Positions 1 to 11,052 of a stretch of 64,000 bases of DNA are shown here, piece by piece. This DNA is from Acidobacteriota bacterium (GTDB lineage: Bacteria; Acidobacteriota; UBA4820; DSQY01), in assembly GCA_049967655.1 (NCBI GenBank), contig JBMFSH010000013.1:1-64000 (forward strand), given 5' to 3'. Every line of letters starts with the position of its first letter. Position 1 is the stretch's first letter. The position numbers and the translations under genes were made by a program. The notes under the pieces are model-generated. The model searched no databases. It was not told the origin of the DNA and saw only the letters and a program-made list of their open reading frames with translations.

Positions 1-1547
1 GCGTCGGTGAGCTCGACGCCCCGCTTCGTCAGGTAGGTTCCCACGGCGCGGTCCAGCGAGGCCCCGGCCTCCTGGCTGTCGATCTGGGCCTTGAGCAGGC
101 TCGACTGGGCACTGACGAGCTGGTCCTGGTAGGAGAGCACCTCGAAGGAGGTGGAGAGGCCGTTCTCGAACTTCTTTTTCTCCGCGCTGAGCTGTTCCTC
201 CTGGAGCTTGACGGTGAGCTGGGCCGCCGCCACGCGCTTCTGGGCCGCCAGCAGGTTGCGGAGCGCCGAGCGCACCTCGTTGGCCACGGTGAGCTTCTCT
301 TTCTGGAGGGTGATCTCATCGGCGTTCTGCGCCAGGCGGTAGGTCTGGTACTGGTAGTGGGCCGCCCGGTTGCCGATGGGATAACTGAAGGTGAGGCCCA
401 CCAAATAGGACTTGTAGTCCCGCCCCGTCACCTGGCTCCAGGCGTCGCTGAAGGTCTGGTCGACGACCTGGCCCGTGAGGGGGTTCCGGTAATAGCCAGC
501 GGTCCCGTTGTAGATGAGGGAGCCCGTGAGGTTGAGCTGGGGCAAGGTCTGGTTCTTGGCCCAGTGGGTGCCGAGCTTGTCCTTGTCCACCTTGGCTTCG
601 AGCTGGCGTAGCTCGGGGCGGTCCGAGAGGGCCTGCGCGATCAGCTTGCCCTCGGGTGTCTCGTTGGTGGAGACCGCGGGCTCGTCGGTGGGGAGGAAGG
701 TGCGCGACCACTCGGGGCTGTCCTGGGTATACCCCAAGGCCAGCTTCAGAATGTCCTCGCTGTCCCCTACCGATTGCTGGGCCACGATGATGTCCTGTTC
801 TTTGCTCGCCACCTGGGCGTCGGCGGAGACCTGTTCGATGGGGGCCAGCACCCCCACCTGGATCTTCTTCCGGGTCTCCTCCTGAAACTGCTTGGCCAGA
901 TCCATGGCGTGCTCGGCCACCTTGAGGCTTTTGATGGCGTAGACCAGGTTCCAGTAGTCCGTCTCGACCTGGAGCAGCGCGTCCCGGATGGACTGGGCGT
1001 ACTGATACCCGGCCGATTGCCTCGTCAACTTGGCCTGCAGGACCGAAAGACTGGCCACCCTCCTGCCGAAGCCCTGCAGCAAGGGCACCGTGGTGGAGAG
1101 GGTGGCGCTGCTCTGGTAGGCGGGGTTCAGCGTGAAGAAGGCCGAATTGGTCTTCGTTTTGACGTTGTCCCAGGTGAGGGAAAACTGCTCACCCCAGGGG
1201 GTGAGCTGGTTCAGGCCCAGGGTGTAGGCGTCCTGCCGGTTCATGTAGACTCCCAGGCCGCCCTGGAGAATGCTGGAGGCGGGCTGGCGCGAGACCTGGG
1301 AGTTCCAGGCGAGCGAGAGCTGCGGATCGAAGATCCCGTAGGAGCCCTTCAGGCTCGCGTCGGCCTGCTCCTTCGTGATCTTCTGCACCTGAACGTCGTA
1401 GTTCTTCTCGAGGGCGGTCTTCAGCGCCTCCTGAAGAGAGAGCTCCACGGTGCCTCCGGAAGGCTCCCCGGCTTGGAAGGGCGCGCCCCCCCAAACCAGA
1501 CCGAAAACACACGCCGCGATCGCCCATCCGAAGGTCTTCAGCTTCAT
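1..1547 (-). CDS. TolC-family outer membrane efflux protein (3' end runs off the window)
   Basis: Translated by hand because it is absent from the ORF track: MKLKTFGWAIAACVFGLVWG...ELSLQEALKTALEKNYDVQV...SLDRAVGTYLTKRGVELTD. Signal peptide, typical OEP N-terminus, AGGAGG RBS upstream. Confidence 0.85.
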   Translation of the reverse strand, partial: MKLKTFGWAIAACVFGLVWGGAPFQAGEPSGGTVELSLQEALKTALEKNYDVQVQKITKEQADASLKGSYGIFDPQLSLAWNSQVSRQPASSILQGGLGVYMNRQDAYTLGLNQLTPWGEQFSLTWDNVKTKTNSAFFTLNPAYQSSATLSTTVPLLQGFGRRVASLSVLQAKLTRQSAGYQYAQSIRDALLQVETDYWNLVYAIKSLKVAEHAMDLAKQFQEETRKKIQVGVLAPIEQVSADAQVASKEQDIIVAQQSVGDSEDILKLALGYTQDSPEWSRTFLPTDEPAVSTNETPEGKLIAQALSDRPELRQLEAKVDKDKLGTHWAKNQTLPQLNLTGSLIYNGTAGYYRNPLTGQVVDQTFSDAWSQVTGRDYKSYLVGLTFSYPIGNRAAHYQYQTYRLAQNADEITLQKEKLTVANEVRSALRNLLAAQKRVAAAQLTVKLQEEQLSAEKKKFENGLSTSFEVLSYQDQLVSAQSSLLKAQIDSQEAGASLDRAVGTYLTKRGVELTD

Positions 1548-1827
1548 CCCGCCCTCCTGATCTAGAGGCGCCGCTCAATTCGCGATAAAGCACTTACCAT
1601 GCTTCCGGGGTCCCGATGCATTTGCCGGAACCCCTCCCATGCTGCCTACGCATTATGCGTCCAAAAGTTTAGCTTCTTGGCGAAGGTTCGGCCGCCCCGC
1701 TTTCGCCTGTGCCCATATCGTTCAGGAAGCCGCCGGTTCGGCACCTGCGCCTGAAAAGCAAGGCGTCGCTTGGGAGGGCTCTCCTTGGCCCAGACCGGTC
1801 AAGGCGGACTGCTGCCGCGGAGAGAGC

Positions 1828-2244
1828 CTAGCGCAGGAAGAGGCTGTAGGTGAGGACGGCGAATACGAAGCCCGTGAAGAGGGTGTACTTGCAGTTCCGC
1901 TCCACCACCGCGAAGTAGACCATGGAGGAGAGAACCCGCACGTAGGGGGTGATCAGGAGCACCAGGATCCCCAGGCTGATCAGGAGGCGCGGCCGGGCCG
2001 CCCCGGAAAGGGCCGCGTGCACGTCGTGGACTAGGAACTCGTACAAGTTCATGCCGCTGAGCGTGAAGTCGAAGCCCAGGTGCCCCGTGGCCAGGAAGCG
2101 CCAGGCGAGACCCGCCGCAAGGAGCAGACCGGAAAATAGGACGCCGGCCTGGAGGACGTAGCCCACCATCATCTCCATGCGAGCCTGGAGCAGCTGGTCC
2201 CGGGCCCCCTCTTTCTGTTCCAGAAAACAGGCTTTCAGGTTCAT
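1828..2244 (-). CDS. DUF1634-like membrane protein
   Basis: MEMMVGYVLQAGVLFSG...LGILVLLITPYVRV...ERNCKY; three hydrophobic segments; the usual partner downstream of TauE/SafE. Confidence 0.75.
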   Translation of the reverse strand: MNLKACFLEQKEGARDQLLQARMEMMVGYVLQAGVLFSGLLLAAGLAWRFLATGHLGFDFTLSGMNLYEFLVHDVHAALSGAARPRLLISLGILVLLITPYVRVLSSMVYFAVVERNCKYTLFTGFVFAVLTYSLFLR

Positions 2245-2246
2245 GG

Positions 2247-3074
2247 CTACCCCCGAATCCCGCGGATGAGCATTTCCACGCCCAGAATCAGCAGCACGAC
2301 CAGAAAGAATCGGCGAACCGCCATATTGGTGAGCCGAACCAGAACCTTCGTCCCGATGAAGGCTCCAGCACCCACTCCCAGGATCACGGGCGCCGCTAGA
2401 CCCGGGTCGATGTAGCCGGCCGCCAGGTAGACGCTCGTTCCGGCCAGCGCCGTCACGCCGATGATGAGGTTGCTGGTGGTGGTGGAGACCTTGGGAGGAA
2501 GGCCCATGACGAGATCGTGGATCAGCACCTTGAGGGCCCCGGCGCCGATGCCCAGAAGGCCGGCGATGAGTCCGGCCCCGAACATGAGCGGGCCGCCGAA
2601 GTAGGCACGGCCGCCCTCGTAGACGATCTGCTGCTGCTGGGCCTGGTCGTAGTAGCTCCCGCGCAACTCTAGCCAGCGCGAGAAGCGGTCCACTTTGGCG
2701 AGCGGTTTCCACTCCTCCTTGCTCTGGAAGAACAGTGCCACCCAGGTTCCCAAAAGGACGAGGGCAAACATCAGGAAGAGGGGTCGGCGGGAGGAGAGGA
2801 TGGTAATGGCCGCTCCCGTCAGGGCGCCCAGGATCGTGAACATCTCCAGAAACATGCCGACCTTCAGGTTGGTGATGTGGTCGCGTACGTAGGCCGACGC
2901 CGACCCGCTGGAGGTGGCGATGACGGAGACGATGGAGATGGCGATGGCGTGTTTGATGTCCATGCCCACGAGGGTCAGGGCGGGAATGAGCACCACCCCG
3001 CCTCCCATACCGGACATGGCTCCAATGAATCCGGCGACGAGGGAAATCAGAAGCAGCACCCAGAAGGAGACCAT
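2247..3074 (-). CDS. Sulfite exporter TauE/SafE family permease
   Basis: GFIGAMSGMGGGVVLIP and GLLGIGAGALKV...KVSTTTSN repeat halves; multi-TM. Confidence 0.88.
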   Translation of the reverse strand: MVSFWVLLLISLVAGFIGAMSGMGGGVVLIPALTLVGMDIKHAIAISIVSVIATSSGSASAYVRDHITNLKVGMFLEMFTILGALTGAAITILSSRRPLFLMFALVLLGTWVALFFQSKEEWKPLAKVDRFSRWLELRGSYYDQAQQQQIVYEGGRAYFGGPLMFGAGLIAGLLGIGAGALKVLIHDLVMGLPPKVSTTTSNLIIGVTALAGTSVYLAAGYIDPGLAAPVILGVGAGAFIGTKVLVRLTNMAVRRFFLVVLLILGVEMLIRGIRG

Positions 3075-3298
3075 GAGTCCACTACACCTCCTCTAAGACC
3101 GAAGCCCCCCTTCGCTCTCAGCGCCGAGGCCCGGCCTCCGGCGGCGTCCACTCGGTCGTTTCGGAACCCCTTGCCCTGCCCCGTTGTTGCCGGTGGCGGA
3201 AGGGGATGAGAGACAGAATTATGCCATAAAGCGCAGAAAAATGCACCTCTCTGGTGAAAAGGCCGTCGATTGGGCCTTTGGGCCATCGCGAAGGTCGG

Positions 3299-3676
3299 TC
3301 ACGGCTTGCGCATGATGGAATCGAGGATCATGAGAAAAGCGGCCTGCTGGGCCGGCTCCTCCTTGTTGATCACGGCCAGGCAGCGCCCATGCGGGAACAG
3401 GCGGTGAAGATCGTCGGCGTCGCGCCCGCTCGCGATGACCACGCGCCGACGGTCGAGCCCGAGGGCCGCCGCGTGTTCGAGGAGCTTGCGGCCGTCCATC
3501 AGGGGCATCTCCAGGTCCAACATGAGGAGGTGGATATCGGGGCGCAGAGCCCGCAGGGCGCTCAAGGGGTCGGTGTAGGTCTCGATTGCCGCGCGTCCGG
3601 GGTAGCGCGATTCGAGGAACCCCCTCCAGTGGGAGCAGAAGCCTGGGTGGTCATCGACGATGACGATACGCTTCAT
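3299..3676 (-). CDS. Single-domain response regulator (receiver)
   Basis: MKRIVIVDDH...LLMLDLEMPLMDG...VVIASG...VINK. The track ORF's upstream extension runs into the repeat element, so the start was moved to the ATG at 3676. Confidence 0.8.
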   Translation of the reverse strand: MKRIVIVDDHPGFCSHWRGFLESRYPGRAAIETYTDPLSALRALRPDIHLLMLDLEMPLMDGRKLLEHAAALGLDRRRVVIASGRDADDLHRLFPHGRCLAVINKEEPAQQAAFLMILDSIMRKP

Positions 3677-3735
3677 CCTTGCCTCCGACGGCCACTCTAC
3701 CCGCTCGCCCCTCCCTTGACAAGCCGCGCTCTTCT

Positions 3736-3995
3736 CCAAATTGCGCGATGGAAACGCGGGTGGCTTCGGCCAGGTCCTGGACACACGGGGGAAAGGCGTT
3801 TCCTTCTGGACGGGGAGGGCCATTCCCTCCCCGCCCCACGGGCAAAGCCCGATGGGGCCCCACCTCTCCCTTGGTGCCCTCTTCGCCTTCGGCTCGATGG
3901 CCCCCAATCCCTCAGTGGGTGTGGCACCCTTTCCCACTGTGCGTCATCTGTCGCGCCTTCCACGGCTATTCCCCTCCTCCATCGCGGGATTGGGG
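3736..3995 (+). mobile_element. MITE-like dispersed repeat, copy 1
   Basis: Nearly identical to 44461-44725 and to the reverse complement of 34288-34549; imperfect terminal inverted repeats CCAAATTGCGCGATGGA ... TCCATCGCGGGATTGGGG. Confidence 0.8.
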
Positions 3996-4192
3996 TACTC
4001 CCTCGGGCTTGATCTTGCAGGACTTTTCGGCTACACTCACAACCCGACCCGTCGTGAGGCCAGCCCCTCCGGCGGAATCTCCCGACGCGCTAGAGATGCT
4101 TCACCGATCGGGCCCGCAGGGGACGGAGTGCCGGCCGGAAGCGCCGGGCCCGTGGCGGGACGAAGGGCTGGGGCCTTTGAGGAGAAAAGCCT

Positions 4193-6004
4193 GTGCGCCG
4201 AGAAGATCTGAGAAACATCGCCATCATCGCCCACGTGGACCACGGGAAGACCACATTGGTGGATGCCATGCTCTGGCAGTCCGGCATTTTCCGCGCCAAC
4301 CAGGAGGTGGCCGAGCGCGTGATGGACTCCAACGATCTCGAGAGGGAGAAGGGGATCACCATCCTCGCCAAGAACACCTCCGTGGCCTTTCAAGGGGTCA
4401 AGATCAACATCGTGGATACCCCCGGCCACGCCGATTTTGGCGGCGAGGTGGAGCGGGCCCTGACCATGGTGGACGGCGTGCTGCTCCTGGTGGATGCCGC
4501 TGAGGGGCCACTGCCCCAGAGCCGCTTCGTACTCAAAAAGTCCCTGGAGCGGGGGCTGCCCTGCGTCGTGGTGATCAACAAGATCGATCGACAGGACGCC
4601 CGGCCGCAGGAGGTTCTGAACGACATCTTCGACCTCTTCATCGATCTGGAGGCCACGGAGGAGCAGATCGATTTCCCGGTCCTGTACACCAACGCCAGGC
4701 GTGGCACGGCCACGCGCCGTCTGGAGGAGCCCGGTACGAGTTTGCTCCCGCTGTTCGAGACCATCCTCTCCGCCGTGCCCCCGCCCGAGTTCGACGAGGC
4801 GGAGCCGCTGCAGGCCTGGGTCACCAACGTGGACTACAGCGACTACGTGGGCCGCATGGCCCTCTGCCGGGTCATCAACGGCCGCCTGCGCTCCGCCCAG
4901 GAGTGCCTGCTCATGCAGGAGGGCGGACAGGTGAAGGGCAAGGTAACGGCGCTCTACACGTTTCAGGGGCTCGACAGGGTGGAGGCCCAGGAGGTTGGCG
5001 CGGGCGACCTCTGCGCTGTAGCGGGTTTCGCCGAAGTGGGCATCGGCGACACGCTGGCCGATCCGGTGGCCCCCAAGGCCCTTCCCCGCATCCGGGTGGA
5101 TGAGCCCACGCTCTCCATGATCTTCTCGGCCAACACCTCGCCCTTCGCTGGAAAGGAGGGACGCTTCGTGACGGCCCGGCAGATCCGAAACCGGCTGGAG
5201 CGGGAGGCCAAGCGGAACGTGAGCCTGCGCATCCTCTTCCCCGAGACGGGCGACCAGGTGGAGGTCATGGGCAGGGGGGAGCTGCAGCTCGCCATCCTCA
5301 TCGAAACCATGCGCCGAGAGGGGTTCGAGCTCGCCGTCAGCCGTCCCAGGATCATCACCAGGCTGGCTGAGGGCGGGGGCGTCCTGGAGCCCATGGAACT
5401 CGTTCAGGTGGACTGCCCGGAGGAGTTCATGGGGGCCGTGACCCAGCTTCTGGGAACGCGGCGGGGACGCATGCTCAAGCTCACCAACCACGGCTCGGGG
5501 CGGATCCGGATGGAGTGGCGCGTGCCGAGCCGGGGTCTCATCGGATTCAGGACCCGCTTCCTCACGGACACTCGCGGCACGGGGATTATCAACCACCTCT
5601 TCGACGGTTACGAGGCCTGGCAGGGTTCCATCCCCGGGCGGGTGACGGGCGCCCTGGTGGCGGACCGGCCGGGCCGGGCGACGGGGCACGCCATCGAGCA
5701 CCTTCAGGCCCGGGGCGAGTTCTTCATCTCGCCCGGCACCTCCGTCTACGAGGGGATGGTGGTCGGGGAGCACGCCCGCGAGAACGACCTTGACGTGAAC
5801 ATCGTCAAGGAGAAGCACCTCACCAACATGCGCGCCTCCACGGCGGACGACGCCATCAAGCTGGTTCCGCCCCGCGTTCTCGGCCTGGAGCTGTGCCTGG
5901 AGTTCCTCGGCGAGGACGAGCTCCTCGAAGTCACCCCCGACTCGCTCCGCATCCGCAAGAAGGTCCTGAAGGCCCAGGACCGGTACCGGGACAGACCGCA
6001 CTAG
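4193..6004 (+). CDS. typA: Translational GTPase TypA/BipA
   Basis: [37 protein letters not shown]-terminal KHLTNMRAS...EDELLEVTP. Confidence 0.97.
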   Translation: MRREDLRNIAIIAHVDHGKTTLVDAMLWQSGIFRANQEVAERVMDSNDLEREKGITILAKNTSVAFQGVKINIVDTPGHADFGGEVERALTMVDGVLLLVDAAEGPLPQSRFVLKKSLERGLPCVVVINKIDRQDARPQEVLNDIFDLFIDLEATEEQIDFPVLYTNARRGTATRRLEEPGTSLLPLFETILSAVPPPEFDEAEPLQAWVTNVDYSDYVGRMALCRVINGRLRSAQECLLMQEGGQVKGKVTALYTFQGLDRVEAQEVGAGDLCAVAGFAEVGIGDTLADPVAPKALPRIRVDEPTLSMIFSANTSPFAGKEGRFVTARQIRNRLEREAKRNVSLRILFPETGDQVEVMGRGELQLAILIETMRREGFELAVSRPRIITRLAEGGGVLEPMELVQVDCPEEFMGAVTQLLGTRRGRMLKLTNHGSGRIRMEWRVPSRGLIGFRTRFLTDTRGTGIINHLFDGYEAWQGSIPGRVTGALVADRPGRATGHAIEHLQARGEFFISPGTSVYEGMVVGEHARENDLDVNIVKEKHLTNMRASTADDAIKLVPPRVLGLELCLEFLGEDELLEVTPDSLRIRKKVLKAQDRYRDRPH

Positions 6005-6030
6005 CGAATCGAAGGGAAGACCGCCTCTCT

Positions 6031-6063
6031 CGAAGGCAACGCCCTTTTCATCGCGGAACTTGG
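6031..6063 (-). repeat. Relic end of the MITE-like family
   Basis: Reverse complement CCAAGTTCCGCGATGAAAAGGGCGTTGCCTTCG resembles the element start CCAAATTCCGCGATGGAAACGCGGGTGCCTTCG. Confidence 0.5.
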
Positions 6064-6307
6064 TGGGTGGAGCGGAAGACGCGAAGGGGTGCCGCTGCGG
6101 CGCCCCACCCTCCGCCACGCATCCCTCGCCGCGGCCCCGGAAACGGCGGCGGCCGCCCGATCGGGCGGCCGCTGAAGGGAGGGAATCCCACGCGGGGAGA
6201 AAGGGGTGTTCTCCCCCGGGCGCTGCTGGGAAGGGGGGAAACGGTTCCGCGGGGGGGGCGGTCTGCTTTTCCCCCATCCTGCGGGTCTTTCCCGGGAGTC
6301 GAAGTGC

Positions 6308-7561
6308 CTAGTCCCGATTTTTCCTCAAGAAGGGCGGAGTCTGGTAGATCTCGTAATCCTTGCCGCCCGAGGCTCCTTCGCCCTGTCCGAAGAGCTGCGT
6401 GCCCTTGCCTTTGCCGCCCCTCAGGTAGCCGGTCGGCCCCGGTCCGCCGGCGGGCAGCGCGGAATCCACGCCCGGCACCGATCCGAAGGCGGCGTCCGAA
6501 GCCCCTGCAGCGGCCACCGCCGGCGCGGGGACGGCTAAGGGAGTGCGCTGCTTCATGGGTTTCACCTCGGCCGAGTCGAAGGCAGCGGCCACCACCGTGA
6601 TGCGGAGCTCCTCGCCCAGCTTTTCGTCCAGGCTGGTTCCGAAGAGCACGTTGACGTCCGCGTGAGCCTTGCTCCGCACGTACTCGCAGGCCTCCTTGAC
6701 CTCGCGAAGGCCCAGGCGCCGGTCACCCGTGAAGTTGATCAGGATGGACTTGGCGCCGAGGATGGAGGCATCTTCGAGCAACGGATTCTGAGCGGCCTTC
6801 TCGGCGGCCACGAGGGCCCTGTCCTTGCCGATGGCGGAGCCCATCCCCATGACGGCGCGGCCGCCAGCGGAGAGGACCGTGCGGGCGTCCTCGAAGTCCA
6901 GGTTGATGATGCCCGGACGGGTGATAAGGTCCGAGATGCCCTGGACACCCTGGCGTAGCACGTCGTCCGCCGTCGTGAAGGCCTCCTCCATGGTCACCTC
7001 CTCGGGGAGGTTGGGCAGGAGGTTGTCGTTGGGAATGACGATGAGCGTGGCCGCCGCCTCCATGAGCTGGTCGAGGCCCAGCCGGGCGTTGGTCTCGCGG
7101 CGCTTGCCTTCCCAGGAGAAGGGCCGCGTCACGACGGCCACCGTGAGGGAGCCGGCCTCGGAGGCCAGGCGCGCCACCACGGGAGCCGCGCCCGTTCCCG
7201 TCCCGCCCCCCATGCCGGCGGCGATGAAGACGAGGTCCGCTCCCTGGAGGTGCTCGACGAGAAGGGCCGTGTCCTCGATGGCGGCCTGCTCGCCGCGCTC
7301 GGGGTTCCCGCCCGTCCCCAGGCCCCGCGTGAGCTTCTGACCGATGGCGATCTTCCTGGGGGCCAAGCTTTTCTCCAGGTCCTGGTTGTCCGTGTTCACG
7401 GCGATGAACTCCACCCCCGTGAGCCCCGCGGTGATCATGCGGTTGACGGCGTTTCCCCCGGCGCCGCCCACCCCAATCACCTTGACGCGCACCCGCCTCG
7501 CGCCATCCGCCGATTCTTCATCCTCACTCATGATGAAGCGCAGACCGTTGTTCTGATCCAT
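6308..7561 (-). CDS. ftsZ: Cell division GTPase FtsZ
   Basis: [28 protein letters not shown] tubulin signature, C-terminal TPPFLRK peptide. Confidence 0.98.
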   Translation of the reverse strand: MDQNNGLRFIMSEDEESADGARRVRVKVIGVGGAGGNAVNRMITAGLTGVEFIAVNTDNQDLEKSLAPRKIAIGQKLTRGLGTGGNPERGEQAAIEDTALLVEHLQGADLVFIAAGMGGGTGTGAAPVVARLASEAGSLTVAVVTRPFSWEGKRRETNARLGLDQLMEAAATLIVIPNDNLLPNLPEEVTMEEAFTTADDVLRQGVQGISDLITRPGIINLDFEDARTVLSAGGRAVMGMGSAIGKDRALVAAEKAAQNPLLEDASILGAKSILINFTGDRRLGLREVKEACEYVRSKAHADVNVLFGTSLDEKLGEELRITVVAAAFDSAEVKPMKQRTPLAVPAPAVAAAGASDAAFGSVPGVDSALPAGGPGPTGYLRGGKGKGTQLFGQGEGASGGKDYEIYQTPPFLRKNRD

Positions 7562-7611
7562 CGCAAACCCCCTTTCCGAGTGGGTCGACCTCCGTTTCGC
7601 CGCCGTCCGAT

Positions 7612-8835
7612 TCAGACTATGTCCTTGATCTGGGACAAGAGTTTTCTGAACATTCCGCCTTTCTTCCGGGGACCGCCGCCGCGCGCCTCCAGCTTCGCCC
7701 CGTAGAGCGCCAGCCCCACCGAGGTGGCGAACATGGGTGAGGCCACGATGTTGGTCAGGCCCACCACCTCCATGGGTTCGCCCACCCGGACCTGGTGGTC
7801 GAAGATGCCCTCCGCCACCTCAGGGAGGCCAGTCAGGCCGGCTCCTCCGCCGGTGAGCACGAGTCCCGCGTTGATCGTCTTGTCGAGTCCGGCGCCTCGG
7901 ATCTCCTCGAAGAGGAGCTGGAACAGCTCCTCGGCCCTCGGCTGGAGGATCTCGGCCAGCCTGGAGCGGGGTACCATGCTCGATTTCTTCCCCGCCAACG
8001 CCTGCACCTCCACCATGTCGTCCTCCTGGATGAGGCTGGTGAGGGCGCAGCCGTACTTCTTCTTGAGAATCTCCGCGTCCATGATCCCCGTCTTCAACCC
8101 CACCGCCAGGTCGTTGGTGAAGTGTTCGCCACCGATGGGGATGACGTGGGTGTGCCAGATGGCCCCCTTTTCGAAGACCGAGATGCCCGTGGTGCCGTGG
8201 CCGATGTTCACCAGGGCCACGCCGATCTCCCTTTCGTCGGCCGTCAGCACGTCGTAGGAGTCGGCCATGAGCCCCAGAACGAGCTCGGCCACCTCGATGC
8301 CGCACCGGTTCACCACCGTCGTGAGGTTCTGCAGGCTTGTGATGGAGCCCGTGATGATGTGGACGTTGGCTTCGAGGCGGCTACCGGGCATGCCGAGGGG
8401 CTGGCTGATGCCGTCCTGGTCGTCGACCAGGTACTCCTGGGGAAAGGTGTGGAAGATCTGTTGGTCCGCGGGGAAGCTGATGGTGCGAGAGCCCTCGAGC
8501 ACCCGCTGGACGTCTTCCCTGTTGATGACGCGGTCCCGGTTGGTGACCGCGACCACGCCGCGGCTGTTGAATCCGCGGACGTGGCAGCCTCCCACGCCGA
8601 CGTAGGCCCGCTCGACGGAGTAGCCGGCCATCAGCTCGGCCTCTTCCACGGACGCTTTCACGCAGGCCACCACCTCGTCGAGGCTGGCCACGATGCCGCG
8701 CCGCATGCCTCGGGCGTCGGCCTTCCCAATGCCCGTCACCTCCAGTGCGCCGTCCTGCCGGGCCTTGCCGATGACCGTGGCCACCTTGGAGGTACCGATG
8801 TCAATACCCACCACGTGACCCGCTTCCTTAGCCAT
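7612..8835 (-). CDS. ftsA: Cell division protein FtsA
   Basis: [10 protein letters not shown], actin-like fold motifs, VLTGGGA; lies between ftsQ and ftsZ. Confidence 0.96.
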   Translation of the reverse strand: MAKEAGHVVGIDIGTSKVATVIGKARQDGALEVTGIGKADARGMRRGIVASLDEVVACVKASVEEAELMAGYSVERAYVGVGGCHVRGFNSRGVVAVTNRDRVINREDVQRVLEGSRTISFPADQQIFHTFPQEYLVDDQDGISQPLGMPGSRLEANVHIITGSITSLQNLTTVVNRCGIEVAELVLGLMADSYDVLTADEREIGVALVNIGHGTTGISVFEKGAIWHTHVIPIGGEHFTNDLAVGLKTGIMDAEILKKKYGCALTSLIQEDDMVEVQALAGKKSSMVPRSRLAEILQPRAEELFQLLFEEIRGAGLDKTINAGLVLTGGGAGLTGLPEVAEGIFDHQVRVGEPMEVVGLTNIVASPMFATSVGLALYGAKLEARGGGPRKKGGMFRKLLSQIKDIV

Positions 8836-9673
8836 GCTGCGCTCCTCCCTTGTCGTCGCCGGCGGTGGCCGGAGGCGAGCCATCCGAAGTTTCGGGCGGA
8901 CCTAGGACCACCTTGTCCGCCCAGCGGACGTCCAGGGTCCGCCGATCCGGTTCGTAGGCCGCGACCCAATTCTTGGAGGCCAAGAACCTCTGCCATTGAT
9001 TCGGGAAATCGTTGCCGGAGACGATGAGTTTCCAGTGGTCCGAGGTGGTGAGGAGGTACCCTCCTCCGGCGCCCGCAGAGGCGATGGCCGTCACCTGGCC
9101 CGCGAGGCCCAACCGGAGCATCTGCGCGATGAGGTCCTGGACTTGCAGGTCACCGGGGTCCAGGTCGGAGAGCGTGAAGACGCCGGCCACGCCGGGAACG
9201 GCCGGCCATGAGGCCCCCTCGCCGTTGATTTCGAAGACTCCCTGCTTGGCGTTCACCGCGCAGAGCACGTCGCTCTCCTGCGCCTCCACGATGAGGGTGT
9301 CGGGAAGGTGCTTCCGGCACAGGAAGCCCTTCAACCAGGGGAAGGCGCTCAGCCGTTCGGAGACGTCGGAGGGCTTGAGCTCGAGCAGGTTTTGGCCGCG
9401 CAGGTCCCTCAGGGCGTCCAGGAGAGGGGCCGTTTGGTGGTGCCGCAAGCCGACCACCTCGATGTGCTGGACCGAGAAGGCCCGGTCCGAATGGAGGAGG
9501 CTCCAGCAGGTATCGAGGAGCGCCGAGGTGAGGACGATGGCGGCGGTGACCAGCACCAGCCGGGCCATCCGTCTGAGCCAGCGCTTCCGCGCCTTGCTCC
9601 GAAGGGGCGACGGAGGAGGAGCCCAGTCCCTGGCCACGGCCCGGGAGGGGTGAGCTGGGAACCCTCGATTCAT
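8828..9673 (-). CDS. ftsQ: Cell division protein FtsQ/DivIB
   Basis: Basic N-terminus, single TM, POTRA-like FSVQHIEVVG...FPWLK...LPDTLIVE, C-terminal LDVRW; dcw position. Confidence 0.8.
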   Translation of the reverse strand: MNRGFPAHPSRAVARDWAPPPSPLRSKARKRWLRRMARLVLVTAAIVLTSALLDTCWSLLHSDRAFSVQHIEVVGLRHHQTAPLLDALRDLRGQNLLELKPSDVSERLSAFPWLKGFLCRKHLPDTLIVEAQESDVLCAVNAKQGVFEINGEGASWPAVPGVAGVFTLSDLDPGDLQVQDLIAQMLRLGLAGQVTAIASAGAGGGYLLTTSDHWKLIVSGNDFPNQWQRFLASKNWVAAYEPDRRTLDVRWADKVVLGPPETSDGSPPATAGDDKGGAQHG

Positions 9674-11052
9674 GGCCTTCCCTCCATGCCCGCCACGATC
9701 TGTTCGCCGATGTTGGTGATGGTCCCAGCGCCCAGGGTGAGCACCAGGTCCCCGGGCCTGATGAGCGGGAGGACGAACTCGGGTAGCTCCTCGACCGCCG
9801 GACAGAAGTGGACCTGGGTCCGGCCCAGCTCCTTCATGCGGTCCGCCAAGGCCGCCCCCGTCACACCGGCGATGGGGGGCTCGCTGGCGGCGTAGACCTC
9901 GGTCACCACCACCAGGTCGGCCTCCGACAGCACCGATGCGAAGTCCGCGATAAGGGCCGCCAGCCTGGAATAGCGGTGGGGCTGGAAGAGGACCACGAGG
10001 CGGCCCTCTCCGGCGGTCCGCCGGGCCGCCTCGAAGGTGGCCCTGATCTCCGTGGGATGGTGGCCGTAATCGTCGTAGACCCTCACTCCCCCGGCCTCTC
10101 CGCGGAACTGGAACCGGCGGTCCGCGCCCGGGAAGGTGGCGAGGTGCTCCCTTTGGGTCTCCAGCGGCACCTCGAGTTCGTCGCAGACCGCCAGGGCGGC
10201 GAGGGCGTCGAGAACCACGTGCCGGCCGGCTTGGGGCAGCGAGAAGAGGCCTCGATCGCTCCCTCGAACGCTCAGCCTAAAGCGCTCCCCGGGTCCCTCG
10301 GAGGGCGCGCTCTCGGCGAGGAAGTCAGCCGGGGGTCGCAACCCGTAGGTCACCGCGCGTCGTTTGAGGCGCGGCAGGAGCCCCCTGGCGTTGGCGTCGT
10401 CGCTGCAAAGGATGCAGGCCCCGTAGAAGGGCACCTTGTTGGCGAACTGGAGGAAGGCCTCCACCACGTCGGAGAGCGCGGGGTAGCAGTCCACGTGCTC
10501 CCAGTCGATGTTGGTGACCACCGCGAGGGACGGGGAGAGGAGCAGGAAGGAGCGGTCCGATTCGTCCGCCTCAGCCACGAGCAGGTCGCTGTGGCCCAGA
10601 CGGGCGGAGGCGTCCAGGGTGGAAAGGCGACCGCCGATCACCACCGTCGGGTCCATGCCGGCCCCGTGCAGGAGGTGAGAGATCATGGCCGTGACCGTGG
10701 TCTTGCCGTGCGAGCCGGCGACGGCCACGGAGGTCTTCATGCGCATGAGCTCGGCCAGCATCTCGGCCCTCGGGATGACCGGGATGCCCAGCCGGCGGGC
10801 CTCCTCGATCTCCGGGTTCAGGGGTGAGACGGCAGAGGAGTAGACCAGAACTTGGCCGTCGCCGAGGTTTTCGGCGCGGTGGCCCACGGCGATGCGGGCT
10901 CCCCGGGCGGCGAGCCGGCGGGTGACGGGGGACTCCTTGAGGTCTGAGCCGCTCACGGTGAAGCCCATGTTGAGGAGCACCTCGGCGATGCCGCTCATGC
11001 CGATTCCGCCCACTCCCACAAAGTGGACCCGCTGGATTCCGAGGAGCTTCAC
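9670..11052 (-). CDS. murC: UDP-N-acetylmuramate--L-alanine ligase
   Basis: VHFVGVGGIGMSGIA, AGSHGKTT, EADESD, DDYGHHPTEI; GTG start overlaps the murG stop. Confidence 0.96.
   Translation of the reverse strand: MKLLGIQRVHFVGVGGIGMSGIAEVLLNMGFTVSGSDLKESPVTRRLAARGARIAVGHRAENLGDGQVLVYSSAVSPLNPEIEEARRLGIPVIPRAEMLAELMRMKTSVAVAGSHGKTTVTAMISHLLHGAGMDPTVVIGGRLSTLDASARLGHSDLLVAEADESDRSFLLLSPSLAVVTNIDWEHVDCYPALSDVVEAFLQFANKVPFYGACILCSDDANARGLLPRLKRRAVTYGLRPPADFLAESAPSEGPGERFRLSVRGSDRGLFSLPQAGRHVVLDALAALAVCDELEVPLETQREHLATFPGADRRFQFRGEAGGVRVYDDYGHHPTEIRATFEAARRTAGEGRLVVLFQPHRYSRLAALIADFASVLSEADLVVVTEVYAASEPPIAGVTGAALADRMKELGRTQVHFCPAVEELPEFVLPLIRPGDLVLTLGAGTITNIGEQIVAGMEGRP

Noticed and set aside
1648..1660. 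Palindrome ACGCAT-T-ATGCGT upstream of the first TolC gene
   Set aside because: Only 6-bp arms, single occurrence, and no regulator to assign it to.
3075..3200. Leader of the tauE gene (minus strand) with CAGGGCAA..CGAAA..GAGTGGACGC, reminiscent of a c-di-GMP-I riboswitch
   Set aside because: The pairing around GAAA and the GCAAA/P3 elements are not recoverable by eye; an Infernal search would be needed.
3651..4503. ORFs repeated across the three MITE copies (for example MEGATD..WERV.HPLRDWG)
   Set aside because: Frames break differently between copies and show no transposase motifs; they are by-products of a noncoding repeat.
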